DNA of 64,000 bases, taken from contig PS015014.1 of NCBI GenBank assembly GCA_048213135.1, forward strand, positions 60,973 to 124,972, given 5' to 3'. Shown piece by piece: positions 25,801 to 39,400 of this stretch; position 1 is the stretch's first letter; each line of letters begins with the position of its first letter. The translations under genes and the position numbers were made by a program. Origin of the DNA: Reclinomonas americana ATCC 50394 (taxonomy: Eukaryota). Below the pieces are notes generated by a model. That model was given only the letters and a program-made list of their open reading frames with translations, was not told where the DNA came from and did not search any database.

Positions 25801-28800
25801 GCGCGATGTTGCGTTTTTTTCGCTGCGGTCGCGCATGCCTCCTCACCAGACGACTCACTTTTCTGGTGTCTTTCTTTTGCAGGTCAACAACAACACGTAC
25901 GCGCTGCTGTCCCGCGGTTCTCCGTCAACTGGAAACGGGCGCTGCATCAACATGTTGCGTCTGCGTTGCACCTGGTGTGTGACCCGGTGGTGCTCACGTA
26001 CGCTTCTTTGCCGACTACAGGGCCATTCAGTACGGCTCTCTGCAATGCAATATCATGTTGCGTCCTCGGTGATGTTGTGAGTTGTGGGCCGCGTGCGTAC
26101 GTGCTCATTATGCTTTGCTGGTGATGCAGCAATACGACTGTGAGCTGCCAGGTGTATGACTGCCAGAACAAGTGGACGCATGTTGCATGTACGTCATGGG
26201 TTGTTGCACAGATCTCATTCCCTACCCTCTTGTGCCTATATTCAATTGCATGGCATCAGTGGTGGCCGACGGCAGTCACATCACGTTGTACAAGGACGGC
26301 TCCGCGGAGACCACTCTCCCGAGCAGCAACGTGATGTTCGAGAGTGCAGTGGATTCGTGGTGGTTCGGCTGCATGGAGTTTGGTCGACAAGGCTTCAACG
26401 GCAACATGGCGGAGGTGTGTGTTCGTGATGTGAAGCGAGCGTGCGAATCGTCTGACGACTCATCATGCGCTTTCTCCCACTGGCCGCAGCTGCGCATCTG
26501 GAAGTGTGCGCGGTGAGTGCTGCTGCTCGGCATATTTCAAGTCTGCGCATTTCTCGTCCACGTGCTTACACTGCTCCTTCTGTGACCGACCTCGCAGGTC
26601 GGCGTCGGAGATTGCCGAGTATCGCAACGTGTCGATGACGGGGCGTGAGAGTGGCCTCGTCGGCTACTACCGCATGATTGAAGGTGCTGGTGACACACTG
26701 TGGAACTCGGCTGCCACCACTGGACATGCGACCTTTACGGGCTCCAGCTGGTGCGTTGAGTGGCCGCACGCATGTGCATGAGTCGCCATGGAAATTTGAC
26801 ATACGCATGCTCTCACTCAGGTCGAATCACGAGTCGCCAGTCAAGCCCGACAAGGAGAGCCTGGCCGGTACGCTCGTGGACTGCGAGTCGTGCATGCCCA
26901 CTGTGTGCGAGATGTCCCTTCTGACCTCTCCTGTGTGCGTAGCCGTCGAGCTGCCGTGCTCGCTTGACGAGGACGTTCTCAAGCGTGCCCAGCTGGTCAG
27001 CAACGGCGACTCACTCGGTGTGTTGCTGCGCGAGAATCGCCAGCAACATTCGCAGCACCCGCGTCAAGCAGGCCTGTTTGGGGGACCTGCACCGGCTGGT
27101 GGCGTGCACTATGTCGCTCGCTTCGAGGTCTACAGCCTGGAGACCGGAATGCTGGTGGCGGGCGAGGATGTGCCGGATGCGTGTGCCAGTTGAGAGAGTG
27201 TCGACTTTTGATCTCGGTGCTTCATTCGCACATGTGCATGGCTCACGCGTTCCTTTTCTTGCAGTCACCGACGTTTGCTACGATCGCGTGAACAACGTCC
27301 TCTGGGCGCCATCGTCTGCGGTTCGTTTCACCGGTGAACACAACGCTCACTGTGTGCGCACTTGTTCTGCTCACTGTTGTCCCCCCACAGCAACCACGCA
27401 CCATGTACCGTTTCCGCATGCCAGGCCGCGGCTCTCGTTGCGTGGAACACTCTCAAGAGCGAATTCATGTCGTCGACCTCACTGCGTTTGTCTTTCTTTC
27501 GTTTGTTTGTTTGTGTCGCCCGACCTTTGCAGCATTGTACGCCGATTCCAACGCGGGTGCCAAGGCGTTTATCGATTCGGGTGCCGATCTGCTGCTGCTG
27601 CAGCCGGAGTGTGCGCTGACCGCAGAGCACGACGTATCTGGTGTCGACTCAACGACTGCGCTTCTTCGTCTCGTTGCGGTGTTGGACTCTGCAGGTGAAT
27701 TGCGGGCAGTCATATCTCTCTCTCTCTGTCTCTGTCTGTCTTTGCGCCTGACTCCGCGCAACGCAGCCGCAAGTGAGGTCGATGACGAGCCGAATCCGAC
27801 GCTGAGTGTGCCCGGTGTGCTTGACGTGTCGGTCGAGACCATTAGCACACTGTGTGACATGGTCGAGCGCCTGTCCGACGTGTACCTGCAGCCGACTGCA
27901 GCCGTCGATGCTTTGCGACACCAAACCATTGTGTTCACCCTCCTGTACGCAATCCGCTGTGTCCGCACGCACATTTCGTATGTGATCAAGTGGAATCTGG
28001 ATCCGGCCGTAGAATGTGACCTTGGTCCGGCTTCTGGTGCGTTCACACACTCACACACTGAATCTGTCCACCTGCTAAGATATTTACACGCTGTCACGCA
28101 GACATGACTCGCCGCCTCAAGTCGGCATTGCATCGTGTGCTGGTGACAGTGCCCACCGATGCCATTTCACGACTGGCGGCGTCGTCGCTGCAGATGGCCG
28201 CGTGTGAGGTTTGTGCTAGAAGCAATGCTGGCATGTTTTCTCTGTCTTGTCTGACGCCTACGCTGGCAGATGTTGACCGGTGGCTTCCAAATCTTCTATC
28301 CGACACCAGTGATGCAGCGCGAGTTGCTGCAGCTGCTGTTCCGCGAGTGCGGCACTGCTGACGTGAGTTTTTTTCTTCTCTTTCTATGTGTGTGTATGTA
28401 TTCCTCGTAGCGCTCACCACATGAGTCTCTTTGCTCAGGCTGCTGCGGCGGCGGCGGCCGAGGAAGAGTCGGAGAGCCCCCAGTTTACATTCCTGCAGCA
28501 TGCGCTGACCAAACTGGGCGAAACCAACTCGACCTTCCAGTTCCTCACGCAGGAGGATGACGATGCTGACAGCGAGTATTCTGTCATTCGTTGCGTGCGC
28601 CAGTGTTACTGGTGGTCAACTCGTGCCAACCTGCTGACATGAATGGTAGGCACTCTGCGCTTGTTGGTGGAGATTGCGTGTGACAACGACATGCGTCTCC
28701 TCGCCACTCGCTTGAGCGGTTCCGAGGATGCAATGCCGAGCTCAGTGTTCCGCGCCCTGCACGGCTTCCTGGTCTCTGTGCAAAAGGCTATCTTGAGTGA

Positions 28801-30342
28801 GGTGGGTATCTCACGCACTTCGCGCTGCACACTTCACCTCCTCCTCATTGATCTCATGCTTTTGGTCTACGCAGGGATTCTCTCGTCGTTCAACGGCGAA
28901 CAGCTCCACCGCGACACCTGCCTCGTCGGAGAGTCTCAACGTGATGCTCACGTACGTGCTCATTGTGTGGGAGGCTGCCGATCGACTCTTCCGCCGATGC
29001 ATCTCGCTGGTGGCCGAGGACGCACGCGCTGCGGCACTGGTGAGTCATTGCCTGCCTCTTTGTGCAAATGATCGACTGCTCACGTACCTGTCTGTGCATG
29101 CTGCTGGCATGGCAGGCTGGCAAGCTGGTGATGCAGAGCACCATTGGATCGCTGCTGCCGTCCTTGTGGACTACAATTGGTTGCATGTCGGTGGATCTGC
29201 CGACCAGCGGCCGTCTGCTGACTCCGCTGTTGAATGGACTGAGCACACTGTCGTCACTGGCGCAACACTTGCCCGAAGCACAAGATACGGAGCACCTCCT
29301 ATGTGGCACGTATGCGCCGGAGCCAGTGGTTGTGGAGACCGACCACCCGTTGCGTCTCCCGTGTGTCTGCACAGTGTATGTCTGCATCTCAATCCTGAAA
29401 ATCTTCTTCGTATGTGCCTGCAGTGTCGAGCTGACTGAAGATCGCACAACATTCCGCGTGGCCGTCCCGTATGCAAACTCCCTCACAGTGGCGTTTGCAC
29501 CGGAAACAGAAGTGCCGGCGGGGTTCGTTTGTTTGTCGCTCTGGAACGCAACGCGAACTCTTAACCTACTTCTCCCCACAGATGTGTCCTTCGCGTGTAT
29601 GGTGAGAACGACCAGCGTGGCGTCAAAATTTCGAACACGAGTTGGGTGGCGCCGTATTCGTCGAGTCGTTCTCTGGCCGAGGTCAAGCCGCTGTCGTTCT
29701 GGTCTTGCAATGTCGTGTACTTCATTCTGGAGAAGCGGTCCAAGACCGCTGGCCAGCCCGTCAAACCCAGCTGGGGCTTCAAGTTGTGTTTGCTTGCACG
29801 AGGAGCCTCGTCCCTGTTGTACTGATCCGTCACGCCACACAGAGCGACTGTCACGACGACTGCCGTTGCACGCAATGCCGACACGGGACCACTTGTCGAT
29901 CTGTGTCGCACTGTGGGACTTGTCGCTGGCAGGGTGCGCTGCTGTTTTTTTGTCGTCGCTCACACGGCTTCGAGACCCAGCGCTTGCGCTCATGATCTGT
30001 GTCACTGCAGTGCTGTGGCCGGCTGATGCGGTCGGAGAAATTGACAGACGACGAAAGCGCTTGCATTGAGTGGCTCAGCTCTGAAATCTTCTCCGAAGGT
30101 CTCGACGCTCACGGGCAGGTGTGTGCATTGTGATGACACGCGTGCATGCGCGTGTGTCGTGTGACTCTCGNNNNNNNNNNNNNNNNNNNNNNNNNNNNNN
30201 NNNNNNNNNNNNNNNNNNNNNNNNNNNNNNNNNNNNNNNNNNNNNNNNNNNNNNNNNNNNNNNNNNNNNNNNNNNNNNNNNNNNNNNNNNNNNNNNNNNN
30301 NNNNNNNCCGTACGGTACGGAACGGAACGACGTACCTCGTAC

Positions 30343-30414
<72 letters not shown>

Positions 30415-33400
30415 GTTGGTTGCCAATGTTGCCGCTGCTGAAACGATGATCAGATGCGACTGCTGTCGCATTCCTCGAGGATATTGTCGAGTTGCGCGGT
30501 GACGCTGCACCGCTGATGGTGCGGCTGGAGACGGTGCAATCTGTGCCGCTGCTCGGACCGCAGAGTGCGGCCGCCGCTGCCAGTTGCGTTCACTGTCTCT
30601 GCACGAAAATCACTCTCGGCGTCCGGGTGCTGAAACATACATACTACTGCGTGCATGATGAAACAGTCACGCGCAGCGTGCGAGCGGTGTTTGCCGCGCT
30701 GTTGCACCACAATGGAATCACCTCGGATGCCATGTCCACTGCGCTTGGTGGCCCCGGTGCCGCCATTTCTGAGAGCCTCTCGCGCTGCTGGAAGACAGCC
30801 ATCAAGGTAGATTGCAAAGTGCGCTGCCGCAGATCTGCCTGTGTACTCATCTTACAACTTTCCCACGCAGCTTTCCAAGTGGCTCATGCAGCGGTACCAG
30901 CAGGAACGCAGCAAGCTTGCCGATGAAGATGAGGGCTCGGGTATTTCGTTGCGTCAGAGCGTCGATGATGGATATTCATGCACTCCTCCTCGTCTCTGTT
31001 TTTTTTTGAATTCCTCCTCCTCGCTACGACTCGCAGCAACCTGTACGACTCGATCTGCAAAAAGGTCGTGAAGCGTGCTCGCTTTTTCATTGAGCTGCTG
31101 CCGTTCATGAACGTTGCGTATGCGATGCACTCTGTTTTGTGAGCCTTCACACTGTGACTGACGTCATGCGAGCAGATTGTGACGGAGACTCCGGGTACGC
31201 CAAATCCCGCCAATCGTCGTGAACTGACGGAGAGTCAGCGACGCGCGAGAAGTGTAGCCATGGCCTGGAAGAACTTGCGCCGATCTGGCCTCGCGTCCGG
31301 CGAAGATCGCTTCAGCCACGTGTGGCGCCTGCTGATCCACTTTGTCGGTGCCCCGGTGTCCATCAAGAAACTGCGAGTCGCCATTATTGCACGCCAGCGC
31401 CGTGCGCGACTGCGTGCCGCCGGACTCAAAGCCATGAGTGACATGTTCCAGGCCGCGAAACTGGTCAGCATTCGGCAGGAGATTTTGCGCGCACTCGTTC
31501 CTGCTCTGCAGGAGGCGAGCCAGCCGCTCTCTGCTGCACCGACAGTCGTCAACAACCTCGAGGTCTTTTTTTCTTTCATTTCGCGCGCGTGTGCGTATCT
31601 CACCGATGCCCTGACAAGCGACTTGTGACAGGGTTGTGGCCACGAGTGCCTGCTGTCGGTGAAGATGGCGTTCATGAAGCTGTACTCGGAGCTGGTCCGT
31701 GCATTGCACGACCCAGTCAATACGGGCGAGGGTCTCATCACCAGCATCCTGCACGCATTCAATGTGGACTACAAGGGCGAGAACGACATTTTGGTGCAGC
31801 TGGAAGTGTTTACGGCTGTGCGCGAGATGTTGTCTGGAGTTTCGTTTGCGTGTCTGTGGGTCCTTTTCAGGGCATTCGCCCGATCCTCACCAATGCCGTA
31901 TGCTCCTCTCCTCAGCCGCAAGCAGTCATCGGTTCCGCTCAGCGTGCCACTTGGATGCTGTTCGAGTTGGTGATGTCGAACGCCCTGCGTACTTCGTCGT
32001 CGACCGAGTCGGTCAGTGAGGTGCGACAGATCGACGTGGAGCCCATCTTTGAGTTGCTGGTGGACCAAGTCACCAAGATTGGCCACGACATTGATAACCG
32101 TGTCTCGGACGATGCCGACGGTGCGTGTCAGTTTGTGGATGCTTGTTTATGTGTACTCCGTTCTCCCCCTTGTTCACACTGTCGTGCGGGCTGCAGACGG
32201 CACGATCTCGTCCACTCCCAAGCACGTGATTGTCAGCAATGCATTCGACTCGGCTGTCGTACAGGCACAGGCGGTGCAGCAGCAACAACTGCAACAGCAA
32301 CAGCTGATGTTGCAGCAGCAGCAGCACATGCAGATGCAGCGTGAGGAGGAGCCGCAGCCAGAGGTGCGACGCAGCAGACGTGGCCGTCGATCGCGTGGCG
32401 GCACCGCTGCTGCCGAATCTTCCGGTGACGGCAGTGGCACCAGTGCAACCGTGCTCTCCACCTCTGGGACCGGCTTTGGTAGCTTGACAACTGCAGCTAG
32501 TGCCTTGTCGCGTCATGCGTCGCACACGGAGATTCTTGCACTCCTGCTCTCGGCGTGTCGCTGGCAGCGAGCCAAGGAGCTCCTGTTCAGCGGAGATGTG
32601 ATCTCCAGTCTGCTACGCATCTTCCGGTACGTCACCGCGGTTATTCTGGTGTATTGTTGCGCCGTGCTCACCCCGTTTCGCAGTCACGGCGATCACAAGC
32701 TGCAGTTGCTGGCGCTACGGATTCTGCGCAAAGTGCTGCCTGTGCATCCGCGACTCGAAGAGGTCAAGCGCTTTCCCTCTCATTTTTCTACTCGGTGCAT
32801 TGTGCTTACTTTTACATGCCATCTTTGCAGGTGGACGCCGCTGCCACCTCACAATTCCCGTCGCAATGCACAACTGTGTCGTCGGTGCCGGGCTCGGCCT
32901 TTGTCTCTTTGATTCTGTACACGTGCGGCGTGTCCGTGTGCCTGCCGGTGGCTTGTTGCGTCCGTTGCCGGTATCTCGCGTGTTTTTTCGTGCATAGTGA
33001 CCCGCTCCTGTGCTCAGATGGCGAAGAGGGTGCCTTCCTGCGCACGGCACTGGATGTGCAGAGTCCCGCTGAGACTCCATCTGCAGTAGCTTCAAGTGCT
33101 CCATCCGCAGCAATCTACGGTGTGCTTGTCGGTGAATGCGTCTCGCTGGTCCGGCTGCTCTTCCAGAGCGCATCATGGGTACGGTCGTGCAGCAACTATG
33201 CATGCAGGTTGTCTCCGGTTTTTTGACACTGTTTGTGTGTACGTGTGCATCTGCAGAAATCGGCCCTGCTTGCTGTGGTGTCGACGGCGTTCACTTCGCT
33301 GTCTGAGTTTGCTGCTGCAGCAGATCACGAGTGGCGCGCGTCAGAGTGGTCGGTGGACAAATGGCGCCGCTTCATTCTGCTGCTGGCCTCTGTCGCAGTT

Positions 33401-36400
33401 TGCGGTTCGTGTGTCGTCCGTGTGTGTGTGTGTGTGTGTGTTGTGCATGTTTCAACTCAACGCTTTGCTTCGTATCGGATGGCAGGTGGACATGTCGAGG
33501 CTCCTCGTGTCGGTGCCAGGCTGTTCCACAAAGACAAGTCGCAGTTCTCGACCATGTTGTCGGTGTCGAATGCGTTCAGCTTTAGTGTCGTTGTCGACCG
33601 TTCCTCAACTCCGACGTCGCTGAGCTGCAAGGGATTGCTGGTTGTGCCAGAGGTGGGTGTGACCGTGTTTTCGTTGCGCTGGATTGCATACTGAGGAGAC
33701 AATAATGCAGGTGCAACCGCCAGTGGAGATGTTTGAGCAATTGTTCCACGTCGAACAGTTGGATGCGCTGTTCCACTACACGGAGGCGGTGCAGACAACT
33801 GGCGAAGGGCTTCGTGCAGAGCGTGATCGCATCGGTTCATCCAAGCTGCTGAACTGCCTGTTGCGAACGTCGACCCTCCGCATGTTGTCGGTGTTGGTCA
33901 GCCAGGAATCGTTTGTCGAGTCACTGGCGTCCAGCGGCCGTCTGTCGAGTCTCCTGGCGTTGTCGTTTGAGACTGCCCGCGCCGAGCGACCAATCAAGGA
34001 GATCGAGGATCTGACCACTGGCGCCATGACCTGGCTCCTCCGATCGGGCGTCTCGCAAGCGAACTCGGAAGTGAGGGTCACGTTTGACGGTACGGAATCG
34101 TCGCCCCTCGACACTGATATTGTCCATACATTTGTTTGTTTTTGTGCTTCGCTCATGCAGCATCTGCGCATGCACAGGCACGGTGCAGCTGAACGTGCTC
34201 AATGGTTTCGATCAGTGGGATGGCTTTGTCTCCGACACCAATCTCGGTCGTACTGCGAGCTTCCCGCCCACTCCCGTGCGCTACTTGCATTTCGAGTCGT
34301 CGCTGCCGTCTGCCGCCGAGATCAACGGCAAGGTGGTGCTGTTGTACGCTGCGCGCGATTTCGAAGAGCGAGTTGCGTTCCCACGGCCTGCTGCTGCTGC
34401 TTTTATTTTTGCAAGCTGATGGTGATTGCTGCTCTTGGCGGTGCTGCAGATTCAAACGCTGCAGAAGAAGTTCACGCCAGTGTGCATTCTGGTCCAGGCA
34501 ATGTCCGACGCCAATGTGCCTGCCAGCTTGACTGCTTTCAAGCAGGCATCGCGTGGCTGCCCGGTGCTGCGAGTGACGCGTGACTTTACCAATCGCCTGA
34601 TTGACGAGCTCGGTATCGAGAATCCGCTGACCGTGTTTGCTTCCGCTCTGGCCGACAACATGTCAAAGGATGTTGCGTGTGGCGTGTTTTTTGAGATTGG
34701 CGCCTCACCCGTTCACTTTAACAACTCGTGCACGGCCATGCAGTATCCTCGCGAGTATGCCATGAAGGCACTGGAGAAGTGCGGTTACGATACGACGCAA
34801 GCGGGTGAGTTGGGCGTGCTCTCTCGGGCAGTCGCCACACGTGACGTCTAATACGGTCGTGTAGAGAACTGGCTCAAGTACAACTACGAGATGTTGCTGG
34901 AGGAGGAGGAGCTCAACAAGGTGATGGCGCAAGAAAAGGATCGCGTACGCAAGCGCGACACGGAAACGACAACGGTGGCCAAGAAGGAGGCCTTCGACTT
35001 GTGCAAGATTCTGCGCAGCAACGTCACGTTCCTGGACGGAGGTTTGTGAGTTGTCGTGACAAGGAGAAACACAGCCCCGCGCGCTCACTGTTGCGTCAGT
35101 GGTTACCGGCGAGTCGCTGGCGGATATCTTTGGTTCCCCCACCACTGAGTTCCCTGGTATTGTCAAGTACCACTTTGCGCACCTCAAGCCCAAGATCTTT
35201 GGACAAAATGCGTTTGCCCAACCCGGAGGCTTTGGTCAGCAGCCTGGCGGCTTTGGCCAGCCGGGAGGCTTTGGTCAACCTGGTGGATTTGGACAACCGG
35301 GCGCCGGCTTTGGCCAGCCGGGATTGTTTGGTCAACCGGCAGGCTTTGGCCAGCCTGCACTGTTCGCTCAACCTGCGGCCCCCTTCGGGCAGCCAGCATT
35401 CGGTCAACCTGCTGGCTTTGGTGGTGGAGTGCTGGACGGACAACAGCAACAACAATTGACGGTCAACTCTGTCACCCATGACTGTGCGTTGGTTGTTTCC
35501 CCCCACATGCGGTACCCTTGCTGCTCGGTCTCACTGCGTCTCGATTCACGCACACACTCGCAGTGCTCTCGTCGCTGTCGAGTTTGCATGTGCAGTACGC
35601 GCGCCACGCGGTTATCTCGATGGTTGCCCGCTGGCCACTGCCTGTGCCGTTCTCCAGTCTCGGCGATACCGCCACCGTGTCCAAGATCGTTCGTCTCACG
35701 CACGTGTGCTCGGATGTGGTGCACAAGGTGCCGCTGGTGAGCGAGCCCACTCTGGCGCAGGATCGACTCGCCAGTATCCTCTCGCACGAGGTCGCCGCCA
35801 ACGAGTTGCGCCTCTGTGCTCTATCTATCCTCAGTCGCTCTGATTTATGTGTGTCCTGTCCTCACTATATATGCATCTTGCAGGAGCTGGCTGCGCGGCA
35901 TCATGGTTACCGATGTGTTGCAGGCTCTGGACATTGATCCGAATGCAAATACTCGCTCGGTGATGTTTGAGAGCGAGCATCCGGTACGTCTCCGCACACT
36001 TGCGTGTAGTACGGAGCTCCTGTTTCACGTTTCTCTTGGTTGCTGCAGGTCATTCCGCAACAGCGACCGCCGATGCGCGTGTCGTTGCCGGGCGCGCCCT
36101 CTCTCGTTATTCGATTGGATCCCGCCATGGACTTCTCAGTGAACGAGTTTCTGTGCTTCTTCCGTCGCGAAACTTGCCAGCCGCAAGATCAGCTGGGGCG
36201 AGTGGGCAGTGGACAAATCATTCCGCCGAGTATCACGTTGCCTGTCGACACGTGCTGGTGAGAGCGTGCATGTGTGTGTGCGTGCGTGCATTTATTTCCT
36301 GCTATTGAGAAAGTTCATCGTTTGGTGTTTGCGTGCATTCTCAGGGTCGTCTACCAGGCCGAGATGTGGGGCCGCCAGAGCTGGGGATTCCGGTTTACCG

Positions 36401-39400
36401 CAGTCGCTGGTGACAGCGATTCGGATGCCGATTCGCCTCTGGAGCTGACGACGGCGCTTGGTGTGAAGACGATGCAACTGCTCCTCAAATCGCCCAACCT
36501 GCACTTGCCGCTGTCGGTGAGAGTCCCGTTCCGCGATTCGTCGCGCTAGCCTCGCAGCGTCTCACATTATGTGTACGCAATAGCTGCTGGAGAAGCTGTT
36601 GGAGACGCTGCCGCGGTCAGACAGTGTGGTGGCAGCGCGGTGGATGCGTGTGGCCATTCAGATGTTCAATCGGTGGAGCGAGTTCGACCACGAGTCGTTG
36701 ACATCGCGAGCGCACAAGGAGCGCATCCTGGAGGTGAGCTGCTGCACACCCACAGCTGCATTGTCGGCTGTCTCCACTTGGTATCGCTGAATCGTGAGTG
36801 CAGCTTCTGGAGACCATTCCCAAGAATCTCGTGGAGGAGGTGCAAGGCGAGGGCTCAGTGAGCATCATGATGCCGAACGAGGACAGCATCACATGCCGTG
36901 GCGTCGAACCCATTGTGGTCGCGTCAGCCATGGAGACAGTGCTGGTAAGTTTGCGAGTGAGAGCGAGACCACGGAGATGCTTCGTCGTCATGTGCTCACG
37001 TTCTGTAGATTGGAATGCGCACTGTTCGACTGGACGAGTCGGGTGTGGGACGTGATATTCCGGTGCCAGACTTTTTGTCGGCCAAGCGTGGCGACTTTGT
37101 GGTGTTGGACGATCCGTTTGATGAAGCCAACGGACCGGGCCGCCCTGTTCCTGGTGGCTTTGGTGCCCAGCCGGCGTTTGGTGGTGGTTTCGGCGGTGGC
37201 GGCGGCGGCTTTGGCGCGTCCTCATTCTCGTTCGGCTCGACAGCTCCCGCATATGGCTTTGGTGCCGCTGCAGGTGGCTTTGGTGGCTTTGGAGGCGCGT
37301 CGAGCTTTGGTGGCGCCGTCAGCAGCTCGAGCGCCAGTGGATCGTCTCGTCGACCCACCGTGGAAGATGAAGATGACGATGTTCCGCTTCCCGAGGACGA
37401 CGACGACGCGCCCTTCTTTGGCCCGGAACTGCCAACGGCCGCCGATTCCGCGCAGTCGCCCACCGGGGGTGCGGGTGCTGCAGCCGCCGGCGCCTCTGCC
37501 AGTGGTTCCAGCGGAAGCGGCGCTGCAGATGCAGCAAAGACCACAATGTCGAGCTTCACGCCTGAGCAACTGAAAAGTGCGTGCACGTGTGGGGTGGGTG
37601 AATAGCGTGTGACAAAGCGAGTCATGCTAACATTGTGTGCGCCTTGTGCAGTCCTGGCGGATCATCGCAAGGGCAAGGCTCTCAGCGCACTCGTTACGCT
37701 CTGGCCGTCGCAAAAGCGCGCACAGTTCACCAAGGACAACAAGGTACGATTGGCGAACACGTTGCATGCATGCATCATATGTGTTCTTAGCCAACCCTGT
37801 GTGCGTTTCTTTGCAGTTCTGGTTGATGAACACGTACGAGAACACCCTGGCTATCACCGACACAGTTGTCAGTTGCGCCACCACTCCTGCACCGATTTGT
37901 TCCCTTGCGTGTGTGGTGTGTGCACTCACTGCGCATTTTCTCGACAGATGGTGGCAAGTGGTACTTTGAGTGCGAGGTCAAGCTCGGCCAAAACACCAAC
38001 GTCTTCATCGGCGTTGTCCGCTCCAATTTCACGTTTGTGGTGCGTTCGTTGATCATGTGCGATGCAGTGACGGTATTTCGAGTCTTGCAAGCTTCCCTCA
38101 CTCTCTGTCTGCTTGACAGAATGGCGTGCAACTGGGCTGCGACAACGCCGGCGCCTCCTGGGCCATGGCGATTCCGGGCAACCAGCTGCGCCACGGCAAT
38201 GTGCTCACCAGCAGCTTTGCCTACGATTGGTCTGTGTTGTTGGTTACTTGCTTTGGGGATTCAGTGCCCGACGCACTNNNNNNNNNNNNNNNNNNNNNNN
38301 NNNNNNNNNNNNNNNNNNNNNNNNNNNNNNNNNNNNNNNNNNNNNNNNNNNNNNNNNNNNNNNNNNNNNNNNNNNNNNNNNNNNNNNNNNNNNNNNNNNN
38401 NNNNNNNNNNNNNNNNNNNNNNNNNNNNNNNNNNNNNNNNNNNNNNNNNNNNNNNNNNNNNNNNNNNNNNNNNNNNNNNNNNNNNNNNNNNNNNNNNNNN
38501 NNNNNNNNNNNNNNNNNNNNNNNNNNNNNNNNNNNNNNNNNNNNNNNNNNNNNNNNNNNNNNNNNNNNNNNNNNNNNNNNNNNNNNNNNNNNNNNNNNNN
38601 NNNNNNNNNNNNNNNNNNNNNNNNNNNNNNNNNNNNNNNNNNNNNNNNNNNNNNNNNNNNNNNNNNNNNNNNNNNNNNNNNNNNNNNNNNNNNNNNNNNN
38701 NNNNNNNNNNNNNNNNNNNNNNNNNNNNNNNNNNNNNNNNNNNNNNNNNNNNNNNNNNNNNNNNNNNNNNNNNNNNNNNNNNNNNNNNNNNNNNNNNNNN
38801 NNNNNNNNNNNNNNNNNNNNNNNNNNNNNNNNNNNNNNNNNNNNNNNNNNNNNNNNNNNNNNNNNNNNNNNNNNNNNNNNNNNNNNNNNNNNNNNNNNNN
38901 NNNNNNNNNNNNNNNNNNNNNNNNNNNNNNNNNNNNNNNNNNNNNNNNNNNNNNNNNNNNNNNNNNNNNNNNNNNNNNNNNNNNNNNNNNNNNNNNNNNN
39001 NNNNNNNNNNNNNNNNNNNNNNNNNNNNNNNNNNNNNNNNNNNNNNNNNNNNNNNNNNNNNNNNNNNNNNNNNNNNNNNNNNNNNNNNNNNNNNNNNNNN
39101 NNNNNNNNNNNNGACCTTGTTCTGGTGCAGGTACAAGCAAGAGAGCACCGTGGTCGGCTTTGTCCTCGACTGCGAGAAGAAGACTCTCAAGTTCTCGTTG
39201 AATGGCTCATTTGCCGACGGTGCCACGATCGAAGAACTGGATTCGAAGAAGGGTTTCCATGTCGCCATCTCCGGCAACGGAACCACATCGTGCCAATTCA
39301 ACTTTGGACGACAGCCGTTCAAGTTGCGCACACGCTCACACAACTCGTTCACTGCGTGTCTCTTTCCCATATCTTACTTGCCCGCGCGCGCGCGCGCGCC

